A program made the position numbers and the translations under genes. The notes beneath the pieces were generated by a model that made no database searches, was not told where the DNA came from, and saw only the letters and a program-made list of their open reading frames with translations. This document shows positions 21,487 to 31,700 of a stretch of DNA of 64,000 nt, one piece after another; the first letter of the stretch is position 1; every line of letters begins with the position of its first letter. Origin of the DNA: Epithemia pelagica (Eukaryota; Protista; Bacillariophyta); NCBI GenBank assembly GCA_946965045.2, contig OX337238.1:434001-498000 (forward strand). The letters are read 5' to 3'.

Positions 21487-22116
21487 ATGGTGTTGTCCGT
21501 TACGAACGACATGAAAGTTTCGGAGCAAATGGTCGAGTTCCTCCTGTCCGAGTTGGTCTTGTACGCTAAGGATTCGTGCACCCCGAGCAGCAGCAAAGTT
21601 ACGAGCGGGACATCGGAAGGATCCCAACAAGACGGATCCGGTGGCGTCGTAGAGGATGAAGAGGCTCTGACCGTCGCAGCAGAGCAAGCTGCTGCGAAAT
21701 TGGAGAGAATTGGATTTGCCGTTGGATTTCGCCTCACCGAACGACTGGCACAAAACAAAACCTGGAATGCTGTACCGAACCAAGACATGGCCGCAGCGGT
21801 ATCTGCGCAACAGCTCGAAGCTGTCAAGTTTCTATGCAAGGAAGTATGGACAGATATTTTTGGGAAACAAATCGATAAACTTCAAACCAATCATCGAGGT
21901 GTGTTTGTACTCAAGGATCTCAATCTTAAGTGGCTATCACGCTTCCCATCGGGAACGGAACATGCACGTGTCACAGCGATTCGTCTGTTGGCCTTTCCAT
22001 GTGGACTGATTCGGGGGTGTTTGTCTAATCTTGGAATTCCTGCAGTTGTATCGTGCGATTTCTTAGCCGATGGCCAAAACATGGCAGCCTGCTCCTTCAA
22101 TATCAAAGTGAAGTAA
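21487..22116 (+). CDS. TRAPPC6: TRAPP complex subunit Trs33/TRAPPC6
   Basis: KLERIGFAVGFRLTERL, VKFLCKEVWTDIFGKQIDKLQTNHRGVFVLKD and LAFPCGLIRGCLSNLG are diagnostic. Confidence 0.95.
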   Translation: MVLSVTNDMKVSEQMVEFLLSELVLYAKDSCTPSSSKVTSGTSEGSQQDGSGGVVEDEEALTVAAEQAAAKLERIGFAVGFRLTERLAQNKTWNAVPNQDMAAAVSAQQLEAVKFLCKEVWTDIFGKQIDKLQTNHRGVFVLKDLNLKWLSRFPSGTEHARVTAIRLLAFPCGLIRGCLSNLGIPAVVSCDFLADGQNMAACSFNIKVK

Positions 22117-22184
22117 CGATTCAACGGCAAAACTTTCTAAACTACCCTTCGCAACAAACCGGAAATATGGTCAATCATTTAGGC

Positions 22185-22707
22185 TTATCCATTATTCTTG
22201 GAATTTGTCGAGTGTTCGACCTTTGGCGCTTCCAGACTCGCTTCCATTCTTGATACTGTCTCAGGAGTAATTGGCTCTACTTTCGCATGATCAATCCCTA
22301 CTGTATGTTCAGGCTTCACTTTCACAGCTGAGAACAAATCCAGAGAATAAAATTAGTCTCGTTCTCTTCGTGAACAGCGTGCACCTATGGAGAAAAATCG
22401 AATCAATACCACCGAGGCAACAAAAGTAAAACGTACCATAGTTCCCAGTTTTTCGATTCAATTCCCCTTGCATTATCCCAGTCTTCATCATATCAACAGC
22501 TTCGTCCACCATTCCAAGCAGACCTTCAAAATGGCTTCCTGAAGATGGAGCATCTCGGTTCTTGATGAATTCGGCCTTGATGGCCTTTCGAGACTCGGCC
22601 ATCGCATAGTTGTCGCCCACGAAGAGCATCTTTCTCGCCCGGAACAGGCGTCGATATCCAGCAAACACGCGAGCCTTATTCGATGTTGATGTTGCTATCG
22701 ACGACAT
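22185..22707 (-). CDS. LYR-motif protein, MZM1/LYRM7-like (complex III Rieske chaperone), 2 exons
   Basis: AGYRRLFRARKMLFVGD...AIKAEF..N...MMKTGIMQG. Intron 22436-22328 (GTACGT...TTCTCAG); exon 2 is AVKVKPEH...NNG*. Confidence 0.8.
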
Positions 22708-23023
22708 GATGTTGGCGATGAATGAACGCCCATCAAAACTCAAACGCGTCCGTGTTGGTTGGAATTTGGAATTCGGGTGTGTGTGGTGTCTGTGGTGCCG
22801 AAAGCCCCGCTGTCAGTAGACGTAAGGTAGGTGGAGTAGGTAGTGTCTGTTGTCGAATGGCAACATTTCTGTATTAGGGTTTAGGGTTCCTGGTGCTACA
22901 GTAGTGGGAGGAACTTTTGCCATCATCGCCGTTTTTTGTTTCGCATCAAAGCGGCTACGACAATGTGCTTTAGTTGATGGCTTCTTTGGAATCGACTGAA
23001 GTAAGAAAACAACTCTGAATCAA

Positions 23024-24750
23024 ATGTCTGCGAAGAACGGAACAGCGGATGAAGACGGTGCTGCAAGTGAAAATCACACTGTGAATAGCAGCAATAATCA
23101 TGAAATGTCGAGCGATTCTATTGTCCCGATATTACCCCCGATCGCCCCTGCCGATGGGTTAGGGCTTGATCGCGTAAACGATATCCTTGACTTTGAAATT
23201 GAGCATATTTTCAATGACAGGGCTACGAGGAACGAGCACTACCAATGCTTGTCGGTAAGTAGGACCATCTTGATGGGATATCCAACAACCGTAGTTCCCG
23301 CGTTTCTTTCAATCTCAATCTCACCTGCCTCTTGCCATACTAGTTCTTTTGGAATACACATCCTGCAAAATCCATTGGATTCGGGCGTCGCTTTGTTCTA
23401 CTGCTATTAGCTGAGATCATGGTAATCGCTTGTGGCCGTCCTCCTCTTGACAATGATGAAAACGACGGAATTCAAAAGCGTTTTCCCGCTCTATACAGCC
23501 TTGATCGCGAGGGTTGGTTGAACCTCGAAAGCGACCTTACAAAGGTTCGCTCCCTTCTACTCCGAAAGGATGCTACAGTGAATTACTCAAATGAGAGAGA
23601 CGGGCTTAATGACGCATCTCAGGTTGACCTCGAGATTAGCAAAAGTGAAGAGTTTGGGGTAAAGTTCGATAAGATAGTCCGACTTATCCAGATCAACAAA
23701 GCAATTGCACCTTTCCGAAAAGCGCTGGAAGATGGTATTATTGCAAACGTTGAAAACGTTTCATCTATCGTGACTCAGGAAAGCATAGCAGAGGTCATGT
23801 AAGTACCATTCCATCCGTTCCGATTTGTTTGCCGAAGTCAAGTTGTAGCTTGCCTCGGCTCACCGAGTTGTGGATTGGTGTGATGCAGAAGATACCTTGA
23901 ATCTGAGGGAAACGCGGAGGTCCAAGATTCGGTGCGCTCGTTGTTTGTCGAAACAAACCAAGGTAGTTTTTGCTTTGTTGATCATGAACTGCTTGTATCA
24001 AAAATAAGAGCACCTCCCTTTGATCTCGTCTACTTTCAAAACAAGTTTGAAATACTTCTTCACCGCATGACCGATACAGTTTTCCCGAAAGATCAATCTG
24101 TTCTCATGGCTTTGCGATACACAGTCACACCGAACAGTGCAATAGATGAGATATTGCGGACCCGACGGAAGAATAGGAAGCGCATTATTTCAACAACAGA
24201 CGTGCATCGCCGGAAGAGAACGCGTGGTAATTCACAAGCTTCGCATGTTCCTATGTCTGATGATGCAGTTCATTCTCCTTCACAGCAGTCTCAAACAGCA
24301 AACGATCAACGGAATGTAGGTTCGCACGCAATTGTTGAGGAGATGGATGAGACAGAGCAGCTTATGGAAGGAACCGGACTTGGAAGACCTATGAAACGAG
24401 CAAGAATTTCCCCACTGCGGAAAAGAGACAATGAGGTCGCCCCAGACCCGGGAATATTTCACGAAAATGGCCGAGTAGCACGACGGCAACGTTGGACCGA
24501 ACAAGAGAAAAACATCGTCAGAATCGGAGTCAAACGATTCGGTCCAGGTCATTGGAAAGAAATAAAGAATGCATATCCACAAATACTCCGAAACCGCACA
24601 GTTGTGCAAATAAAGGACTGTTGGAGAACGATGAGCAAATCGGGAGAACTAACCTTACATATCCTTGATGGAAGTGATGGTTCAGAACCGGAGACAAATG
24701 GAGATATGCCAGTAGCCACGAAGGGTGAGGTCGATGTCCACGAGACATAA
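23024..24750 (+). CDS. TRF-like (telobox) Myb-domain protein, 3 exons
   Basis: C-terminal RRQRWTEQEKNIVRIGVKRFGPGHWKEIKNAYPQILRNRTVVQIKDCWRTM. Exons 23024-23254, 23416-23798 and 23889-24750 join in frame through GTAAGT...AG introns. Confidence 0.8.
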
Positions 24751-25180
24751 TTGGGCACACAACGATGTGAAATGCTCGTTGGTATTCACATATGGGAGTC
24801 GGGAAATCGATTTAGTTCATGGTGAAAGGCGCATCCAAATAGGACTCAGAATGTGCGTGGTGAAATGGACTGTCGAGCCTGTATTTTGTTTGTCGACCAC
24901 TTAGTGTCTAGAAAGTGGACTTTTGTTGGATCGATAAAACATGACGAGGTCATGAACAAGAAGTATCGCATGCTGCAATCCCGTCCATCCATAACATTAG
25001 AGATAGTGCTACCTTCTTCCCTACTCACATCATATGTCGCAGCGCAGGTGATTCGTGATGATTCGTGATTCGCGTGGTATTCTAAATTCTAACCAAAAGA
25101 GTTTGAGCCAGAGGCCCGAGGCTAAGGTAGTCCCCATAGTCTTGGTACTTGGGAGGAGTAGCTAGAGCTTTAGTAGAGTA

Positions 25181-25764
25181 AGGGCTGGGGATACCGATCC
25201 ATGTACATCTAAGTAGGCTCAGTCCAAAAGCTACGTAGAGTACATAAAATCACATAGTACACGTCACGCCGGAAATGGCCGGAATTTCAAAAAACTCGAC
25301 AATGATGGCGAGATCCGGTGACGCCGTATGCGTTCACCCATGCATCGCATAAACATCCAACCACCGTAAGTCCTTTGCCTTTACCTTTGAAATGGTTGTC
25401 CGAAATTACAGAAGATTTGCCAAGTTGGCTGAAAAGGTACGCTCATTTTTCTGCAGTGATGAAATCGAACGACCGCCCTAACTCACTCATTTTTCAATGC
25501 TGACTCGACCGAATTGAAAGCATAGTCACTCTAGTAGTAAATAATCTTATTGTCAAAGCGGTCGAGTCAAGCTCTATTATTGAGGAAGTTATGGCCATGG
25601 GGGTAACGGCTTCCACCATTGTCGAGCGATGGCTTCCAATTTGCATTGTTTCTCGCGGCAGCAAGTTTTCAATTTGAGACCATCCGCCCCACTTGTTACA
25701 CTGATGAAAATAGTACTACGTAGATTAATGTACTGAGCCTACTTAGATGTACATGGATAGCCCA
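25181..25764. mobile_element. MITE copy 1 (~585 bp, ~31-bp TIRs)
   Basis: Left CGATCCATGTACATCTAAGTAGGCTCAGT(C)C at 25195 and right GTACTGAGCCTACTTAGATGTACATGGATAG ending 25760. The whole body is highly similar to 49850-50443; TA dinucleotides flank both ends; no long ORF. Confidence 0.9.
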
Positions 25765-26753
25765 TACAGATCTTACTCCATCTACTGCAAGGAGTCACAT
25801 ATGGGTAACTTGTACTGTTAATCCTATACAAAGATACAAAGATGAAGAAAGATGCATCCCAAAACCCCAATCCAAAAGAGCTGTCGGAAGTCGGAACTCT
25901 GAACTTACTCTCTAGCTTGTTCGAGAGTAATAGTAAGAGCCAAGCACCAAGCGCCTCTGCTCGATGCGCGTGTGATAAAAATAAGAGAGGTCTAAGTCTA
26001 ACCTGACTGTGATCTCGTATTCCTCTAGCTCGCTACAAGAGATCTAGGTAGGTAAAATCACGCCCAATTAGCTCGAGAGTAGCGGAATAGTCGGAGGTCA
26101 AAGGGACACAACGCAACTGCACACTGCACCCTATTTTGCCTATTTCGTATTATTTCGTAGAGGAACGAACAACCAACAAGGAAAGTTCGGTCTAGTACTG
26201 TCTACTCGTCTAAAACTTCTTGAAAGAGATTATGGACAATACGAGTATTCATAGTTCGCTTTATCCGCTCTCTATGTTCCTTCCTATTTTTTCCTTGGAG
26301 CGTTCCCATTTCCCATATTCCCCCCGTTTCCCTTGCTCAATTCTCAATACACCCAATACGAATACATCTATATACTTCTCAGCGCTCAGAGGGTTCAAAC
26401 TGATAGTTGGGATCGACTACCATAGTGCGTACTCCCTATCCCTCTTTCCCATACTCATTGCTCATTAGTCATCAATCATTAGCCCTAATTTTTTAAAGGA
26501 CAAACTTAGGGATATCGGAAAAAATTACCGGACAGAAGTCCTCGAAATCTTGATGATCAGTACCTAACCTAGCGCCACAGCACAGGATCGCTGTACCATA
26601 GCCTACGAGCACAACAAGTGACCAGTTTTACTCAATGGTTTGCTGGACACTTGTCCGGCTCACGATAGCGCTGTATGTAGCAGAAGGGAATTTCACAAAC
26701 CCTCGCATCACGCTTCACTGGACATACCCATGAGGGAGTACTTGTTGTCGGAG

Positions 26754-26866
26754 CAAGAAGCGCGACCGATATTGAGCGAATTTTAAGCGAATAGCTAACC
26801 CCATGAGGGGCAAACGGTCTAGGTCTCACTTGTAGAATTTTCCTCTATGAACGATGGCGTAATTTG
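26754..26866 (+). repeat. 5' LTR of copia 1 (113 bp, CAA...TTG)
   Basis: Identical to 32875-32987; identity stops at CAAGAAG on the left and TAATTTG(G) on the right. Confidence 0.85.
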
Positions 26867-27285
26867 GTTTATCAGACCCATCACGACTCTTTTATGAGCT
26901 TTACCTCAACCATGGCCTGGGAAGGTCGCGAAATATCTGGATCATTCGCTCCGAGAATGACCGCCCAAGGTTGGATACCTGTTCTCCCTTCCTCTACTAC
27001 ATATCTCACCTGCAACGGGGTTAGAGATAGAGGATGTGATATGCGGTCAGCTTTTGCGCGCATATCGGGCAATGACGGACGCGTCACACATCTTGCCGTT
27101 GAAAGATGACAGCCATACGGACACTTTCGTTGCTTAAATGCTTAATGAAGTGCGCCGTCCAGGCACCATGCGAGCTCTCGACTCCAATTCTACTTTTCCT
27201 CGCTCGCAAATGAAAGCGAGATTATCAGGTGAAGTATCTGCACACTTTCACCGGAAAGCCCAACTTCACCCGAATAAGAACTACC

Positions 27286-28731
27286 ATGGCAGCGATTCCT
27301 CCAGCAAGCCCTCTTGACATCTTGAATGCCTACATGGATGTAGTGCTCCAAATCACCGATCAGGCAGCTCGTGATGCCTTGAATGCTCAGGGACTACGAG
27401 CAATTAGTGACTTCGAAGCTCTGAGCGAAGATGATATCGCTGAAATTTGCTCAAATGCCAGGAAACCTGGTGGCATGATTCCCAATCCTAATCCTCTTGG
27501 ACCACCGTTGATTGCTAATCCTGGTATCATGATTGGTCATCTGGCTGAGAAACGCCTCAAGATGTTTCGTTACTTTGTTATCCATTTGAACAAGGTGAAT
27601 CGGACCTTTGTCGGTACTGTTCCCAACTTGGCCGATCTACAAACACTCTATCAATTCAAAGAGAGTGAGACGGAACATGACAACGAAGTTCCCATGCCGG
27701 AGAAACTCACATCGATTGAGAATATCCGTGTTGTTTTGGAGGACCTTGATCATTATCTTGAGTCCAAGCGAGGTGTCACTGGCATTCCTTTGGCTGCGTA
27801 CACTCGTAGCGATCCCAACGTTGCACCTGAAAATGAAGATCCGAATTTCGGTGCTCCAACTTTCCTGGCGGAGATGATCAGGCGGGCACCACATACAGGC
27901 CCTACCTATGCTGCCGACAATCTTGCCGTGTGGGATGTTATCAGACACATCACACATGATGGACCAGGATGGGGCTGGGTGCAACCATTTGCACGCGCAC
28001 GCAATGGACGTGCTGCCTATCAAGCCTTGCGTACCCATTATCTTGGAGACGCTTTCCAATCTCGTCTCCGTGCCAAAGCAGATCAAACACTCGAAAGTGT
28101 GTATTGCGACGGAGCAAAGCGCAATTTTACCTATGAACGATTCATAGAAACCCTGCAACGGGCATTTACTGACCTTGAGTCAACAGGCGAAGCTGTGAGT
28201 GAAGAGAGAAAAGTGCGCATTCTCCTCACAGGCATTGCAGATGCACGACTCGAGAGCGCAAAGAATCAAATTCTTGCAACCCCTACTCTCCGAGCAACAT
28301 TTGAAACCGCATCGAACTTCCTTGCAGAGGTGTTAGACAGCAAGGTCTCCTATAGCGCCTCCAATAGGAAGCAAGCCAGAATCTCCTCGATCCAATCCCA
28401 AAACAAAGGAAAGGGAAGGAACAATAATGGCCGAAACAATAAGAAGAATGAAGATAAAGAAAAGGAGGAATTAACGGACCGCTACTATACTCCAAAGGAA
28501 TGGTCAAAGTTGAGTGGGCCAGAACGCCAACGCGTTCGCGATGTGCGTGAAGAACGCGATAAAAGGAGAGGAGTGGCATCCGTTACGAGTCAATCCCGAA
28601 AGAAGGCAAAGAAGGATGCACAGAATAATGACACTCCCGATGTCTCCGAAGAGTCCTCTGACGAAGCTAGCAGAGGCATTGGCGCAATCATGAGCCAGCG
28701 CAAGAAGAAACGAAACTCTGAAAATTTGTGA
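27286..28731 (+). CDS. gag: Gag of copia 1
   Basis: Long ORF at the gag position; basic C-terminus (YYTPKEWSKLSGPERQRV); no CCHC knuckle seen; ends in TGA in frame with pol. Confidence 0.85.
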   Translation: MAAIPPASPLDILNAYMDVVLQITDQAARDALNAQGLRAISDFEALSEDDIAEICSNARKPGGMIPNPNPLGPPLIANPGIMIGHLAEKRLKMFRYFVIHLNKVNRTFVGTVPNLADLQTLYQFKESETEHDNEVPMPEKLTSIENIRVVLEDLDHYLESKRGVTGIPLAAYTRSDPNVAPENEDPNFGAPTFLAEMIRRAPHTGPTYAADNLAVWDVIRHITHDGPGWGWVQPFARARNGRAAYQALRTHYLGDAFQSRLRAKADQTLESVYCDGAKRNFTYERFIETLQRAFTDLESTGEAVSEERKVRILLTGIADARLESAKNQILATPTLRATFETASNFLAEVLDSKVSYSASNRKQARISSIQSQNKGKGRNNNGRNNKKNEDKEKEELTDRYYTPKEWSKLSGPERQRVRDVREERDKRRGVASVTSQSRKKAKKDAQNNDTPDVSEESSDEASRGIGAIMSQRKKKRNSENL

Positions 28732-31700
28732 CTATCGCTCCAGTCGATGTCAATGACCAAGCCCAACGAAATTACAGTTCCAACCTTCATGTGCGAGTTA
28801 GACTCACATGCCGACACATGTTGTCTTGGCCGAGGCTGTCACGTTCTGTATCAGACTGACACTGCCGATGTCAGTGGTTTCACGGAAACACTGGGAAAAT
28901 TGAATGAGACCCCAGTCATCACAGGTGTCCTTGCCTACGATGACCCTGAGAGCGGAGCAACCTTCTTGCTCTACTTCCACCAAGCGCTGTACCTCCCTCA
29001 AATCGATCGTTGTCTTTTAAATCCCAATCAGATGAGAGAGGCCGGTGTTTTGGTCAATGACGTCCCTTTGAAGTTTCTACCATCGACAGAACGAAATGAG
29101 AGGGCTCATGCGATCGTAGCTAAAGACTCTGAGGAAAAGGAACTTGTAATCCCAATGGACTTGCGTGGGATCATCAGTCAGTTCAAAGTAAGAAAGCCGA
29201 CCGCACACGAGATCGAGAATCTGGACTCGTGCTATGGGATCGATATGACAAACGCAACACCCGAATGGCGACCGAATGACTCAGCAGCAGAATATGATGC
29301 TGATGAAAGAAAGCTTCGGGATGCGATCGTTCACGACACTATCGTAGAGAAACCTTCAAGGGATCTGCAAGTTGACTCCCTTGTTTCTGTGAGAAGAATC
29401 AATGGGCGCACCATCACCATTGCCAAGACCACGCATACTCGAAAGGGGACAGTGCAGCCACAAGATTTAGCCACACGATGGAATATTGGACTCAAGACAG
29501 CGGAGCGCACCTTTGAAGAAACAACGCAGCTCGGAGTGCGTGACTTCAATGAACATGGTGGCTCTAAGCGTCTGAGACACACTGCCTACCAACTTCGGCA
29601 CCGCCGTCTGCAGGCGGACGTATATACCGATACCTTATTTGCCGAAACAAAATCATTGGACCAACATACATGCGGTCAAATCTTTGCTACCGACTTTGGA
29701 TGGGTGCATTTCGTCCCAATGCGCAAGCGAAGTGAAGCACCATCCACTCTGCCTCCTCTCTTTGACGAATATGGCATATTCAACCATATTGTCCCCGACA
29801 ATGCCCCAGAGCTCACCTCTTTGGAGTTCAAGCGCGTTGCATCAAAGTATGGGTGTCGTCTCAAGCCAGTGGAAGCTTGGACCCCCAATCAAAACCTCGC
29901 CGAGGCTAATATACGCGAGTTGAAACGAATCTATCGGCGAGAGATGCGTCAAAGCAATGCGCCAGCCGTGTTATGGGACCATTGCCTCATGCTAGTGGCA
30001 GAGAGAAGATCACATACATCGCAAGCAAATGGGAATCCGCCTCCAATTCAAATCCTTACGGGCGATACTCCCGATATATCACACTTGATCGAACACAAAT
30101 GGTACGATTTTGTATGGTACAGCAATCCCGGGTTTGAAGGACGAAAGCTTGGGAGATGGCTCGGCCCCAGCCATTCTGTCGGTGAGGCCATGTGTGCCAA
30201 AATACTGACGGAGAAGGGCAAGATCGTACATCGAACGTCTGTCTGGCCCATTACCAGGGCAATGCAAAACGACGAGGCCTTTCGAGAGCAACGTGAACAG
30301 TTCACATCGACTCTTGGAGAAGCACTTGGTGCGAGAATGGCAGGTATCCCTGCTGAAGACGACGATGAGCCCAAGGAGGCTGATACCCCCCTATATGAGC
30401 CATACGAAGACGATGAGCAAGCTGATGTCTCCATGCCAGAAGCTGATCATTATGCTCCGGATTCCTATGACAAATTGATAAGCGCGAAAGTCATGCTCCC
30501 CTTAGGAGATGATAAGCGAAAGGGGACTGTCAAACGTCGGAAACGAGATGCCGACGGCAAAGTGATTGGTACAGCGTCGAGCAATCCGTTGCTTGATACA
30601 AGCCTGTACGAAGTGGAATTCGACGACGGACATACGCAAGCATATGCCGCCAACATTATTGCTGAAAGTATTTTTGAGCAAATAGACGAGGAAGGGAATC
30701 GATATCGCATAATCGACGACATTCTCGACCACAAGAAAGACGCCAGCGCAATCCCAATCTCTGATGGAGAATTTGTGCTGAACGGACGAACGCATAAAAA
30801 GAAGACAACGAGAGGATGGTTCCTCTGTATCCAATGGAAGGATGGGTCCACCAGCTGGGAACGGCTAAAGGACTTGAAGGAATCCTATCCACTGGAATTG
30901 GCCCAATACGCTGTCGCAAATAAGCTGGACAAGGAACCAGCCTTCAACTGGTGGGTACCTTTCACCATCAAGCGCAGTAAACGACTGATCAAGGCCGTCT
31001 CCAGTAGCAAACGGTACATGCGTACATGGCAGAAGTACGGAGTAGAGGTACCGAAGACTGTGGAACGGGCTCTTGAGATCGACAGAGAGACCGGAACAGA
31101 TTATTGGAGGAAGGCCTTGCGACTGGAAATGTCAAAGATCTTTCCTTGTATGAAGATTCTTGAGGAAGGCTCTTCCACCCCCATTGGCTACCAAACTATC
31201 CCGTGCCATATCGTCTTTGACGTTAAAATGGACTTTACACGGAAAGCTCGGTATGTAGCTGGGGGACATAAGACGTCCGAACCAGAAGCTCCAACCTATG
31301 CAAGCGTTGTGAGCAGGGATAGTGTGCGTATTGGCTTCTTGATGGCAGCCTTGAATGGTCTTGACGTGCTAACCGCGGACATTGCCGGTGCCTACTTAAA
31401 TGCACCATGTCTCGAGAAGGTCTGCACGGTTTGCGGATTGGAATTTGGTCCAGAATACAAAGGTCGTATAGCCATCATTACCAGGGCTCTTTATGGCTTA
31501 AAGACAAGCGCTTATGCATGGCGCGAGCTGTTATCATCGACATTACAGACAGATCTCGGATACAAGCCTTGCAGAGCTGATCCAGACGTCTATATCCGAC
31601 CCTCCACCAAGGCTGATGGCATGCGATATTACGAAATGCTTTTTGTCTATACGGATGATATTTTGGTGGTGTCGCATAAACCGCAAGAGACGCTCACTAT

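Noticed and set aside
26754-26900. Self-priming in copia 1 by analogy with copia 2
   Set aside because: The reverse complement of the post-LTR sequence is not present in the 113-bp LTR.
28729-28731. Selenocysteine decoding of the gag/pol TGA
   Set aside because: No redox motif and no identifiable SECIS; ordinary readthrough or a nonsense mutation is simpler.
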